A DNA stretch of 64,000 nucleotides, from NCBI GenBank assembly GCA_963803805.1, contig CAWDOD010000004.1, positions 352,001 to 416,000 of the forward strand. The letters are read 5' to 3'. The stretch's first letter is position 1. Each line of letters starts with the position of its first letter. The stretch comes from an uncultured cyanobacterium (GTDB taxonomy: Bacteria; Cyanobacteriota; Cyanobacteriia; Cyanobacteriales; CAWCAG01). The translations under genes were made by a program, and so were the position numbers. This document shows, piece after piece, positions 20,403 to 31,067 of the stretch. The notes beneath the pieces are model-generated. The model made no database searches. It had not been told where the DNA came from and was given only the letters and a program-made list of their open reading frames with translations.

Positions 20403-20948
20403 GTGAAAATCACTATGGAAGAAAGTCTCCCTTTAGAATACCCTTCAATGTCTCGCCGACAACTACTCAACTTTATCACTGGTGCAGTTATTGCAACTAC
20501 TGCTAGCGCTGCACTTTATCCTGCTGCAAAATTCTTTGCCCCCCCAACAGAAAGCAATGAGGATGGTTCTATTATTGCTAAAGATCGCTTAGGAAATCCC
20601 ATTCCTGCTAGTCAGATTTTAGCAGAACCCAAAGGAACGCGTGCTTTAGTAGCAGGATTAGCTGGAGAACCAACTTATCTGGTAATCGCAGCAGACAGTA
20701 AACTAGACGTAATCGGAATTGTTGATAATTGTACCCATCTTGGTTGTACCTTTCCTTGGAATCCCAATGATCAGCAGTTTCAATGCCCCTGTCATGGTTC
20801 TCGTTATGCTGCTGATGGTTCTGTGATCAGAGGACCGGCCCCTCTTCCCCTCAAGCTAGTACAGGTTAAGGTAGAAGCAGATGCGATCTGGATTTCTCCT
20901 TGGACAAAAAACGATCCTCGCACAGGAGAAAAACCTTGGTGGATTTAA
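20403..20948 (+). CDS. petC: Cytochrome b6f Rieske iron-sulfur protein, PetC2-type paralogue
   Basis: Tat motif SRRQLL, CTHLGC and CPCHGS boxes, GPAPLPL, DPRTGEKPWW; not next to petA. Confidence 0.93.
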   Translation: MKITMEESLPLEYPSMSRRQLLNFITGAVIATTASAALYPAAKFFAPPTESNEDGSIIAKDRLGNPIPASQILAEPKGTRALVAGLAGEPTYLVIAADSKLDVIGIVDNCTHLGCTFPWNPNDQQFQCPCHGSRYAADGSVIRGPAPLPLKLVQVKVEADAIWISPWTKNDPRTGEKPWWI

Positions 20949-21459
20949 CCCTCTTAAGTCACTTTCCGAGGTAGAATAAAGAAGAGGTGAGAAGCTATGA
21001 ATGTTTCAAATATTTACACTTAGGAATAATCTCCCCAATCAAGAGAAAGTCTCTACCAGAAATAGCCAAAGTCGTAGGCATAAACTCAACATCCTTTGTT
21101 ATAACCAATATTCAAGGCCATCTTAAGAAGAGATTGGGTAATCTTTATGGTTGAAGAACATGGGTAGAATATGGCTTCAGGCAATGTAAACAAGAATTGG
21201 GTTGGATTGATTACCGTTTTACTAAGTATCAAGAAATAGAGAAGTGGTGGGAATTATTTTTTCTGCTTATTTAACGACCAGCATGAATTCTCCAGCCTGG
21301 GAAGCTTTACATCAACCTCAGTTGGAGAAGAAGGAAACAGAAAAGACAGAAGTCGATTTATCTAAACACCAACAATGGAATCATCAACCTGGCTGGAAAA
21401 ACACTCTGAATAATCTTCGTTTAGTGATTCAACTGACCATTGATACAGTTTCCTGGTAA
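20949..21459 (+). mobile_element. IS701-family remnant (internal deletions, in-frame stop)
   Basis: Left end CCCTCTTAAGTCACT resembles the 40168 end; encodes EVRSYECFKYLHLGIISPIKRKSLPEIA, WVEYGFRQCKQELGW, HQQWNHQPGWKNTLNNLRL. Confidence 0.85.
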
Positions 21460-21592
21460 TTTCAAATTATTGCGATCGCTAATTAGTTTAAAGAACAGCT
21501 TTAAGGTGATTAGTGAATCCATTTCAAGCAGTACTTAGTTCGGCGATCGCAATATGTTTCCAATAATACCAATTTAGGGAACAAAGTCTCTC

Positions 21593-22981
21593 CTATGAGG
21601 GGAGATTTAGAGGGGTAGCAACCTTGAATGACAAAGCCTGCTTAACAAAGCCTTGCAAAAAAGCCTGTCGCTGATTACTTTGAAAAACTGCTTGTAACTT
21701 CTCCCCTAACTTGGTCAGATCGAAACCTTCGCTACAACTCGAATCAAGCTGCTGTTCCTGGAAATAAGCCATCAAACTTAACCCTGCCAACCTGGTTAAA
21801 TAAGCTGCACTCACCCCTTGCACAGCACCCCCAGCCATATAAGTAAAAGTATGACTCTTGAGAACACCACCAATCGTTTGGGTAGAAAGTTCCACCAGCC
21901 CTAGTTGTACCATCAACTTACCCAAAGTTCCCGCAGCATTTCGCCCTTGGGCAAGGGAAAACTTGTGTTGATAAATTGCCCCTAAATCCATAACTAACTG
22001 GGCATTAATCGCCGCAGTGGCTAACATATCCAAAGCAGGAACAGGGTTTGCAAAAGCCGTAGCCGCAGCTAGCCATTGATACTTTTCCATAATTGGTAAA
22101 GCGCGATTCCGACGGAGATCATTAATAATTTCCTTAACTTCCTGTTGCAACGCCATAGCTTGCCGCCAAGTACTGGCCAAAACCAACTGTTCTTTGTCTT
22201 GGCTTAACATCCGTTGCAAAGGAAAATGCAAAGCCTCAACTTCCGGCTGTTGTGGTTCCCACCACTCCTCTATAGAACCATCTTCTTGATGCTGTCGCAC
22301 CTTAACCTCATCGGGGGCAGCAGCAATACCTAAAACATTTTCCTTGACTAAAACTCCCTTTACCCTCATTCTCAATTGCTGTAAAATTGCCATCCCTTCT
22401 TCTGGCAAATAACAATCTTGTTTATTCAACAACAGGAGAATGTGATGGCGATCGCCATTCAACTTTTCTATAACTTGCAACTCAGAATCAGTTAAATCTC
22501 CCCCGGTGAGATATAAAACCAAATCCGCAGTAACCGGAACTTCCTCCTCAACACTTATTTCCTGCCAAGAAACATTTCCCTCTTCTGTTGCTCCTAAAAT
22601 CTCTTGTAAACTAGTTTTACCAACCTTCTTCCCACCAGTAATAACAACCTGTAAATTTTCTCGGTGCAGCAACTCTGGTAATTCGTTTAACTTAGTTCTT
22701 AATTCCCCAACTTCAAAACTTTCTGCTTCCGCCTCCAGATAATCAATCGTCTTCTCTGCCGTGGCAATCGCCACTTCTACTGCTTCAGTATCCAAAGGGG
22801 ACAAAATCTGAGAAACCGAAGCAGAACTATTATTTTGTTTCCATAACCAAAAACCAGCCCCAACTGCAATCGCCCCCACCAAACTAAACTCCCCAAACTG
22901 CATAATAGATTCGTGCCAGCTTTGCCATAACCACAAACCCACCGAAAGACTAACCCCAACCACTAAAATTGGTCTACCCAT
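21593..22981 (-). CDS. DUF697/YcjF-family membrane protein with degenerate P-loop domain
   Basis: N-terminal TMs, GGKKVGKTS, NKQD, AFANPVPALDMLATAAINAQL. Confidence 0.8.
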   Translation of the reverse strand: MGRPILVVGVSLSVGLWLWQSWHESIMQFGEFSLVGAIAVGAGFWLWKQNNSSASVSQILSPLDTEAVEVAIATAEKTIDYLEAEAESFEVGELRTKLNELPELLHRENLQVVITGGKKVGKTSLQEILGATEEGNVSWQEISVEEEVPVTADLVLYLTGGDLTDSELQVIEKLNGDRHHILLLLNKQDCYLPEEGMAILQQLRMRVKGVLVKENVLGIAAAPDEVKVRQHQEDGSIEEWWEPQQPEVEALHFPLQRMLSQDKEQLVLASTWRQAMALQQEVKEIINDLRRNRALPIMEKYQWLAAATAFANPVPALDMLATAAINAQLVMDLGAIYQHKFSLAQGRNAAGTLGKLMVQLGLVELSTQTIGGVLKSHTFTYMAGGAVQGVSAAYLTRLAGLSLMAYFQEQQLDSSCSEGFDLTKLGEKLQAVFQSNQRQAFLQGFVKQALSFKVATPLNLPS

Positions 22982-23233
22982 CTCAAATTAAGACCTCCCC
23001 AATTGCCTTTAGCAACACTATTTTATACCGTTTCAAGCCAGATAATTAAGCCGCCAAGGAACAGCATCAAGTCACTCGTTCATTGGCGAAGCCTTCTCCG
23101 ATAACTCAATTATTGATACCTAACGGCAACGGCAAGCCGTACATTGATCATTAATAACTGATCATCGATAACTGGTCATTGCTCATTAATAACTGATAGG
23201 ATCTATCCTTGGAAGCCCAAATCTAAAAAAAGT

Positions 23234-24400
23234 ATGAATGTTAGTTCTGGTAACATTGCTCCCCACGGTGGACAACTGATTAATCGTATTGCTAATCCTG
23301 AACAAAAAGAAGAATATCTTGAAAAAGCCAACAAATTACCCCGCGTTCAACTAGATGAACGTGCTGTTTCTGACTTAATTATGATTGCCATCGGCGGTTT
23401 TAGTCCCCTCGAAGGTTTCATGGAACAAGCAGACTACGAACGGGTAGTAACTAATATGCGGCTGATGAGTGGCATTCCTTGGTCAATTCCCATCACCCTT
23501 TCTGTTAGTGAAGAAGTTGCCGAACCTTTAACCATAGGTAGCGACATTCGCCTTGATGATCCTCAAGGAAACTTCGTTGGTGTCTTAGAATTAAGCCAAA
23601 AATATGCCTACGACAAGAAAAAGGAAGCTACCAACGTCTACTTAACTGACGAAGATAAACATCCCGGAGTTAAAGTAGTTTATGACCAAGGAGCAATTAA
23701 TTTAGCCGGACCAGTTTGGCTACTCCAAAGAGATTCTCACCCACTTTTTCCTAAATATCAAATAGATCCAGTGGATTCGCGTCAAATATTTCGGGAAAAG
23801 GGCCTAAAAACCATAGTTGGTTTCCAAACCCGCAACCCCATCCACCGCGCCCACGAATATATCCAGAAATGCGCCTTAGAGACTGTTGACGGGCTGTTTT
23901 TGCATCCTTTAGTGGGGGCAACCAAAAGTGATGATATCCCTGCTGACGTGCGAATGCGCTGCTATGAAATTCTCTTAGAAAACTATTATCCCCAAGACCG
24001 AGTTATCCTCGCCATTTATCCAGCAGCAATGCGCTATGCGGGACCGAGGGAAGCCATTCTCCATGCTATTGTTCGCAAAAACTACGGCTGTACCCACTTT
24101 ATCGTCGGTCGCGATCATGCTGGAGTAGGAGACTACTATGGAACCTACGATGCCCAAGAAATCTTCAACAAATTTTCTCCAGAAGAACTAGGCATTACCC
24201 CCATGAAATTTGAACACGCCTTTTACTGCACACGAACCAAGCAGATGGCAACAGCCAAAACCAGTCCTAGTAAACCAGAAGAACGGGTACATCTTTCCGG
24301 AACCAAAGTAAGGGCAATGCTTCGTAAAGGAGAATTACCCCCACCAGAATTTTCTCGTCCTGAAGTAGCCGCGGAATTAGCCAAAGCTATGCACGATTGA
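23234..24400 (+). CDS. sat: Sulfate adenylyltransferase
   Basis: [37 protein letters not shown]. Confidence 0.97.
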   Translation: MNVSSGNIAPHGGQLINRIANPEQKEEYLEKANKLPRVQLDERAVSDLIMIAIGGFSPLEGFMEQADYERVVTNMRLMSGIPWSIPITLSVSEEVAEPLTIGSDIRLDDPQGNFVGVLELSQKYAYDKKKEATNVYLTDEDKHPGVKVVYDQGAINLAGPVWLLQRDSHPLFPKYQIDPVDSRQIFREKGLKTIVGFQTRNPIHRAHEYIQKCALETVDGLFLHPLVGATKSDDIPADVRMRCYEILLENYYPQDRVILAIYPAAMRYAGPREAILHAIVRKNYGCTHFIVGRDHAGVGDYYGTYDAQEIFNKFSPEELGITPMKFEHAFYCTRTKQMATAKTSPSKPEERVHLSGTKVRAMLRKGELPPPEFSRPEVAAELAKAMHD

Positions 24401-24441
24401 GAGGGGGAGAATCGGGAGTTAGGGATATCTCGCCAGTGTTA

Positions 24442-24616
<175 letters not shown>

Positions 24617-24827
24617 TTAGGGATTTTTTGCTAGGGAGCTAGGGAAATAAATAAATATCTTTGACCCCTGAAATATTAATTTACTGAAAGAGCAATTAGA
24701 GTCAGATTTCGACTCCCTACTCCCTGCTCCCTGCTCCCTGTTTTATGTTAAATCGCTAACATTCAATAACCGAGAATCATTTATTCCTGGTACGCTGATA
24801 CCTAGTGTCTGAGAGTTTAGGGCTGAT

Positions 24828-27101
24828 ATGGGAATGGATCGGCGAACTTTTTTACAAAGAACTGCTAAGGCAGTTCTCTCCCTTGGAACAGCAGAAGGGT
24901 TGTTACCTTGGGGTAAGAGTAGCTTAGCTGCTCCTTTAATTGACCGTTATTTACAAACTCTGGCCCAACCTAGTGCCAGAAAGTTGGCGCTTTTGGTGGG
25001 TATTAATCAATATCCTCGTGGGCAAAACCTCACTGGTTGCTTAACAGATGTGGAATTACAACGAGAATTATTAATTCACCGTTTTGGTTTTTTGCCAGAA
25101 GATATTTTAATTCTTAAAGATAAGCAAGGGACAAGGGAGGATATTGAAACTGCTTTTACTGAACATCTCACCGGACAAGCCAAAAGTGATGATGTGGTAG
25201 TTTTTCATTTTAGTGGCTATGGCTCTCAGGTAGAAATACCGGGAACAGAGCGCTTGGCTAATAGCTTGATCCCCGTAGATGGGAGTTTACAAACCAAGGG
25301 TAGCCCCGCAGTTAACGAGCTTTTAGAAGATACCCTGATTTTACTAGCTCAATCCCTAGCCACAAAAAAAGTAACTATGGTGCTAGATACAAGCTACGTT
25401 AGTACGGGTAGAAATTTCCAGGGCAACTTGAGGCTACGTTCCTATCCCAAACTACCCGCGCAAAAATCAAGTCCAGAAGAATTAGCCTTTCAAGAAAAGT
25501 TATTCCTCAAAATTAATACCGGAGGCCAAAAACTAGATCCACAAACTCAATCTCAGTTAGTAGGCTCTTGGTTAACAGCAGCCGGGGCTGATCAAATAGC
25601 AGTAGAAGGGAAGTGGGATGGTTTTAGTGCTGGTTTATTTACCTATGCCCTAACTCAATATCTTTGGCAAGTGACCCCCCCAAGTTCAGTACAAATTAGC
25701 CTCAAAAGGGTAAATAAAACTGTTGAGCAAGTGATGGGCAAGCAACAGCAGCCTCGCTTAGCAGGAAATAAACTCAAACAGGCTCTTTTGGCTTACTATT
25801 TACCCCCAGCTCAACCTGTAGGTGCAGAAGGAGTGGTAGTAGGAGTAGAAGATGCTGGGAAAAGCGCCCAGATTAAGCTATGTGGTCTTCCTCCTTTCCT
25901 CTTAGAACATTATGGTCTTAATTCCCGTTTCCTGCTTCTCAACGCTTCAGAGCAGCCAATCATCAGTAAAGCAACTCAACTACAACTTCGTTCACGGGAA
26001 GGATTAACCGCTAAAGCCCGCTTAGTAGATGAAACAGCCCCAGAAAATTATCAAATCACCTCTGGGCAACTGGTACAAGAACTAATCAGGATCTTGCCCC
26101 GTAACTTGACTTTGACAGTAGCTTTTGCCTCAGAATTAGAAAGAATTGAAAGAGTTGATGCCACCAGCGCCTTTGCAAACTTGGATGCGGTTTCTTCTGT
26201 GGCGACATTGGGAGAACAAAAAGTAGATTGTTTATTCGGTAGATTTGCCGAAGCAATTCCCAACGACGAGAGTGAAATTTCCCCAGGCAATTTACAAGGA
26301 GGCTATGGGCTGTTTACCGTTGGCGGCTTGCCTATCGCCAACACAGAAGGAATCCCTTCAGAAGCGATTAAATCCGCTGTCAATAGGTTAGCTTTCAAAT
26401 TAGAGAGTTTACTAGCAGCGAAATTCTGGCAGTTAACCGCTAACGAAGGCTCTTCGCGCTTAGGTATCAAAACTATTTTAGAAAAGGTAGATGAGCAGAC
26501 TAGGGATGTTACCCCCTTAACAACCCTAGAAACCTTGAGATTATCTTCCCAAAGTCTCAGCCTAGCCAAAACAGGAACCTCCCCGGAAATACCGGCGATC
26601 GCTGCTAATAGCCAAATCCAGTTCCGCATCAAAAATACCAACAAGCAACCAATTTACGCCATTTTAGTTGGCATAGATTCGGCAGGAAATGCAATCGCCT
26701 TTTCTTCTCCCCAATCTTATAACCAAGAACAGGGAAATTCTAAGGATGAGGCTTTATTACAAGATGTACTAGTAGAAAGTGGAGAAACTTTAGCACTTCC
26801 TAATTTTAATGCGGTGAGAATAAAAGCTCGTGGACCGGCAGGAATAGCTAAAATTCAGCTCATTGCTAGCTATTCACCTTTCAAAGCCACCCTAGAAGCC
26901 ATTAATAGTACCCAAAGACTCAAAATGGAGGAAGAACAGGTAGTTTATTTAGAAAAACCCCTGACGGTAGCTAAAGCAATTTTAGAAGACTTACATCAAG
27001 GGAGTAGGGTGGCTTCGGAAGTAACAAATTCTGTTTCTGATGTCTACGCTTTAGATGTTAGGGCTTGGGCAAGTTTGAGTTTTGTTTATCAAGTTGTTTG
27101 A
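24828..27101 (+). CDS. Caspase-family (peptidase C14) pseudo-orthocaspase with Tat-like signal and DUF4384-like C-terminal region
   Basis: DRRTFL; KLALLVGINQY, GCLTDV; catalytic positions read HFSGYG (H to Y) and LDTSY (C to S). Confidence 0.85.
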   Translation: MGMDRRTFLQRTAKAVLSLGTAEGLLPWGKSSLAAPLIDRYLQTLAQPSARKLALLVGINQYPRGQNLTGCLTDVELQRELLIHRFGFLPEDILILKDKQGTREDIETAFTEHLTGQAKSDDVVVFHFSGYGSQVEIPGTERLANSLIPVDGSLQTKGSPAVNELLEDTLILLAQSLATKKVTMVLDTSYVSTGRNFQGNLRLRSYPKLPAQKSSPEELAFQEKLFLKINTGGQKLDPQTQSQLVGSWLTAAGADQIAVEGKWDGFSAGLFTYALTQYLWQVTPPSSVQISLKRVNKTVEQVMGKQQQPRLAGNKLKQALLAYYLPPAQPVGAEGVVVGVEDAGKSAQIKLCGLPPFLLEHYGLNSRFLLLNASEQPIISKATQLQLRSREGLTAKARLVDETAPENYQITSGQLVQELIRILPRNLTLTVAFASELERIERVDATSAFANLDAVSSVATLGEQKVDCLFGRFAEAIPNDESEISPGNLQGGYGLFTVGGLPIANTEGIPSEAIKSAVNRLAFKLESLLAAKFWQLTANEGSSRLGIKTILEKVDEQTRDVTPLTTLETLRLSSQSLSLAKTGTSPEIPAIAANSQIQFRIKNTNKQPIYAILVGIDSAGNAIAFSSPQSYNQEQGNSKDEALLQDVLVESGETLALPNFNAVRIKARGPAGIAKIQLIASYSPFKATLEAINSTQRLKMEEEQVVYLEKPLTVAKAILEDLHQGSRVASEVTNSVSDVYALDVRAWASLSFVYQVV

Positions 27102-27265
27102 ATCGGGAGCAGGGAGTAGGAAGTGGAGGTGAAGTCACCGTGGTGTGATCCTCCTTTTAAACTCAAAGCAGAAGAATCTGTTGAAGTGGAAATAGATGAT
27201 TTAGAGACTCCTTTAAACGTTTATCATTAAACATTTATCATTAAATTTGGATTGGCTCAAAAACT

Positions 27266-27851
27266 GTGATTAAGAACGATAGTTGGATTAAAGAAATGGC
27301 TGCCCAAGGCATGGTTGAGCCTTTTGAGCCTCGTTTGGTACGCCAAGTTACTAATAATTTACCTGTAATTTCCTATGGCTTGAGTAGTTTTGGTTATGAT
27401 ATCAGGCTTTCACCTTCGGAATTTCGCATTTTTCGCCACATTCCTGGTACAGTAGTTGACCCCAAAAATTTTAATCCTGATAACTTAGAACCAACAATTC
27501 TCCATGAAGATAAGAATGGTAGTTTCTTTATCTTGCCCGCTCATTCCTATGGTTTAGGAGTAGCCTTAGAAAAGTTAGCCATTCCTGATAATATCACTGT
27601 CCTTTGTATTGGCAAAAGTACCTATGCCAGGGTAGGACTAATTGCTAATTTAACCCCAGGAGAAGCTGGTTGGCGAGGGCCATTTAACCCTAGAGTTTTC
27701 TAACTCTTCCAGTGCTGATTGTCGTATTTATGCGGCTGAAGGAGTTGTACAATTACTCTTTTTAGAAGGAAACCCTTGCGAAACAAGTTATCAAAAACGC
27801 CAAGGTAAGTATCAAGATCAACCCGAAAAAGTTATCTTTTCTAGAGTTTAA
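27266..27851 (+). pseudogene. dcd: dCTP deaminase with +1 frameshift at about 27677-27679 (possibly a sequencing error)
   Basis: ISYGLSSFGYDIRL, GKSTYARVG; removing one G from CGA GGG C CAT restores [31 protein letters not shown]...GKYQDQ to TAA at 27851. Confidence 0.9.
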
Positions 27852-27857
27852 AGCAAA

Positions 27858-29243
27858 GTGGATAAATTTCGTATTGAAGTAATAGCAGCTACCGCCAACC
27901 CTCAGCAAGTAATTTGGGGAGCAATGCACCAAGATTATTCTGAAGGTTTTGTTGTGGATAGTCAAGAAAAATGGCCTGACGAAAAGCAAGCAGGAGAGTT
28001 AATAGTTAAGCATTTACTATCAGCAAATAGAGGACACTATGGATGCCTAGAACATCCCCAAATAACTTTCAATGTCGGTTATTTTCCTCATTCTATGATG
28101 CAACAGGTGCGGACTCACCGTGTTGGTATTTCTTTTGATGTCCAGTGTCTTGCAGGAGATACAGAAATTACTTTTGTTAAAACATCAGGTGGTTTAAAGA
28201 AAATTAAAATTTCTGAACTTTACGATTTATGGGTTAACGGCGAAAAAGCTTTTAGGGAAAGGAGTATTTGTGGGCAAAATGCTGAACAACTGGGCAAATA
28301 TCGGCGAGATTGTAAGAAGCGAATCCGTAAAATGCGTCTTCGTGTTCTTAATGAAACAGATGGAGTATTTGAGCAGGGGAATATTAAGGATGTAATTTGT
28401 AGTGGTGTTAAACAAGTTTACCAAGTAACCTTAGAAGATGGTAAAACTTTAAACTGTACTACTAATCATCGTTTGTTTACTGATCAAGGTTGGCAAACTA
28501 TGGGAGAAGCCGTAGGGTTAGTAACAGATCATGATGGTAGTGTTATTAAGAGAACTAAAGAATGTTACGTTATGTGCAACGGCAAAGCAGTTGCAGGTAA
28601 TGTACTCTACAGAGATAAAAGTTGCTTTTCTAACCAACTTAAAAAAGGACTTGATTGCTTATCCAAACCTGAACCCAAGGGAAGAAAGCTTAAAGCACAC
28701 CCTGTTAAGGTAAAGAGTGTCAAGTATCTAGGCAAGCAAGTAACTTATGATTTGCAAGTAGCTAATAAATGGCATAATTTTGTTGCCAATGGAATCGTAG
28801 TCCACAATTCTTTTCGGTATACGGGTAAACGTATTATCGATGTCGCTGAAGGCAAAAAAAATGTAGAAGAGGTCTTTTATTTACGTCCGGTAGGGAATTA
28901 TACAAACCGTCAAGGTAAGCGCTACTTTTACTCAGAAGAACAGCATGACGAAGATATTCAATGGTGTTTAAAAGCCTGCCAACACTATCATAAACGTATC
29001 ACAGAAGGACTATCTGAAGAACACGCCAGGGGCTTAATTCCTTTTGATGCTAGACAGAATTTTGTCCTTAGTTGTAATTTGCGATCGCTCCTTCATCTTT
29101 TAGATTTGAGATGGAAAAAGGATGCTCAACTTGAAGCACAAAAATTCTGTGAATTGTTATACATTCATTTAGAAAATTGGACTCCTGCTGTAGCTCAATG
29201 GTACTTGGAAAACAGAGCTAAAAAAGCTCGATTAGCACCATGA
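27858..29243 (+). CDS. thyX: Flavin-dependent thymidylate synthase containing an intein
   Basis: GHYGCLEH, RTHRVGISFDVQ|S motif, EEHARGLIP, NLRSLLHLLDLR, DAQLEAQ. Confidence 0.95.
   Translation: MDKFRIEVIAATANPQQVIWGAMHQDYSEGFVVDSQEKWPDEKQAGELIVKHLLSANRGHYGCLEHPQITFNVGYFPHSMMQQVRTHRVGISFDVQCLAGDTEITFVKTSGGLKKIKISELYDLWVNGEKAFRERSICGQNAEQLGKYRRDCKKRIRKMRLRVLNETDGVFEQGNIKDVICSGVKQVYQVTLEDGKTLNCTTNHRLFTDQGWQTMGEAVGLVTDHDGSVIKRTKECYVMCNGKAVAGNVLYRDKSCFSNQLKKGLDCLSKPEPKGRKLKAHPVKVKSVKYLGKQVTYDLQVANKWHNFVANGIVVHNSFRYTGKRIIDVAEGKKNVEEVFYLRPVGNYTNRQGKRYFYSEEQHDEDIQWCLKACQHYHKRITEGLSEEHARGLIPFDARQNFVLSCNLRSLLHLLDLRWKKDAQLEAQKFCELLYIHLENWTPAVAQWYLENRAKKARLAP
28146..28808 (+). mobile_element. 221-aa intein without an obvious homing endonuclease
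   Basis: Block A CLAGDTEI, block B TTNHRLFT, block F TYDLQV..WHNFVANG, block G VVHN followed by Ser. Confidence 0.93.
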
Positions 29244-29314
29244 GTTAAGTAATCAGATCTTGTCTGAGGGCGGTATGAAACGTTGATCTTTGAGAATAGT
29301 TGCGATCGCAAAAA

Positions 29315-29347
29315 TATAGAGGCATTCCCTCGAAAATACCTCTATAC
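29315..29347. terminator. Hairpin between convergent thyX and rtcB
   Basis: TATAGAGGCATT...AATACCTCTATA inverted repeat. Confidence 0.5.
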
Positions 29348-29368
29348 CAAAGAAATATTTGGTTTAAA

Positions 29369-30550
29369 TCAACCTTTAACACAAACTACTTGCCTTAAAG
29401 TAGCAACAACCTCCACTAAATCCTTTTGCTGCTTCATCACCGTTTCGATGGGCTTGTAAGCCCCAGGAATTTCATCTAAAACTCCTCCATCTTTACGGCA
29501 TTCGACGCCTTCGGTTTGCTTAACCAAATCATCCACAGTAAAATTCTTTTTCGCCTTAGTACGAGACATCAAACGCCCTGCACCGTGGGAACAGCTACAG
29601 TAGCTGTCATGGTTGCCTTTACCCTTAACGATATAGGATTTAGCCCCCATAGATCCGGGAATAATACCATAGTCTTCTTCCCTAGCACGGACAGCACCTT
29701 TGCGGGTAACGTAGACTTCTTCGCCAAAGTGAACTTCTTTCTCAGCGTAGTTGTGGTGGCAGTTAACAGAAAGCAAAGGCTTAGTCGGTTTGCCCCCGGC
29801 TAAGTATTGTTCCACAATCGCCTTAAAACGCTTCATCATCACATCGCGATTGTAACGGGCATAATTTTGCGCCCATTGTAAGTCTCGCCAGTAAGCAGCA
29901 AATTCAGGAGTCCCTGCTACAAAGTAAGCAAGATCGCGATCTGGTAAAGAATTGCCAGCTAGTTTTGCTAACTCTTTAGCGGTTTCAATGTGGCATTGTG
30001 CCAACTTATTGCCGATATGTCGGGAACCAGAGTGCAACATTAACCACACTTGGTCTTCTGTGTCAAGACATAGTTCAATAAAGTGGTTGCCACCGCCAAG
30101 GGAACCCAATTGTTTCAGGGCTTTCCCGTCTAAACTTTTTACTCCAGGATGCAAGTCTTTAAAGTCTTGCCATCCTTGCCAATTAGTTACGGTTTTGTCA
30201 GTTTCTTTATTTTGGTTAAAACCAACGGGAATAGCCGCTTCGATATCTTGGCGAATTTTCTTCAGTTTACCTTCCAATTGTTCAGCAACAAAAGGGGTTT
30301 TAATAGCCGCCATACCACAACCAATATCAACTCCTACCGCCGCAGGAATGACAGCTTCTTTGGTAGCAATAACGGAACCAACCAAAGCCCCTTTACCAAG
30401 ATGAACATCTGGCATTAAGGCAACGTGCTTAAATACAAAGGGCAGAGAAGCAACATTCTTAGCCATTTTGGTTTCCTGGGAACCAAGGCTATGATCTGCC
30501 CAAGAAAGCACTGGTTTTTGTGTAGATAAGTTTAGTTGTTCGTAGGGCAT
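29369..30550 (-). CDS. rtcB: RtcB RNA ligase
   Basis: MPDVHLGKG, GVDIGCG, GGGNHF, HSGSR, HHNY, PGSMG, HGAGR, AYK. Confidence 0.95.
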   Translation of the reverse strand: MPYEQLNLSTQKPVLSWADHSLGSQETKMAKNVASLPFVFKHVALMPDVHLGKGALVGSVIATKEAVIPAAVGVDIGCGMAAIKTPFVAEQLEGKLKKIRQDIEAAIPVGFNQNKETDKTVTNWQGWQDFKDLHPGVKSLDGKALKQLGSLGGGNHFIELCLDTEDQVWLMLHSGSRHIGNKLAQCHIETAKELAKLAGNSLPDRDLAYFVAGTPEFAAYWRDLQWAQNYARYNRDVMMKRFKAIVEQYLAGGKPTKPLLSVNCHHNYAEKEVHFGEEVYVTRKGAVRAREEDYGIIPGSMGAKSYIVKGKGNHDSYCSCSHGAGRLMSRTKAKKNFTVDDLVKQTEGVECRKDGGVLDEIPGAYKPIETVMKQQKDLVEVVATLRQVVCVKG

Positions 30551-30695
30551 GGCTAAATCGCCTCTTTTATTTCATCATTGGCTTTATACTACATGAATAT
30601 TACAAAAGCGTCAAGGATGATAGAGATAATTTTCTTGATTAGGATATGTGGGGCGATCGCATCTGAGAATTAAACTTGAAGGGAACAAGTTTTTC

Positions 30696-31067
30696 TTAAA
30701 TTGTTACTGTTTTCAAACCAATCACTTGCACTTCGTTGATTTGTAATAGTTGTTGATCATTGCTTAATAAAGTTGCTCCATGTTCCCAGGCACTCGCTAA
30801 AATAATTGCATCGGGAGTTTTAAGCCGATATTTACGACGTAACTGAATCGTTTTTTCGGCAATAGTTGTATTTATGGAAATTTGGGATAAGGTTTTGAGG
30901 CTGGTACGGATTAGTTGTTCTTCATCTTGGGATAAGCTACTGAAAGAAAGTATCTCAATTTGCGTAATAATGGAATAACCTAAGTTACCCTCTGGGATTG
31001 GTTCGGCTAATTCTCCATTGAGTAATAAGATAAAAATATTAGTATCAATTAGGTAATCGAGTCTCAT
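30696..31067 (-). CDS. vapC: PIN-domain VapC toxin
   Basis: YLIDTNIFI, SIITQIEIL, LKTPDAIILASA, LLSND. Confidence 0.92.
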   Translation of the reverse strand: MRLDYLIDTNIFILLLNGELAEPIPEGNLGYSIITQIEILSFSSLSQDEEQLIRTSLKTLSQISINTTIAEKTIQLRRKYRLKTPDAIILASAWEHGATLLSNDQQLLQINEVQVIGLKTVTI

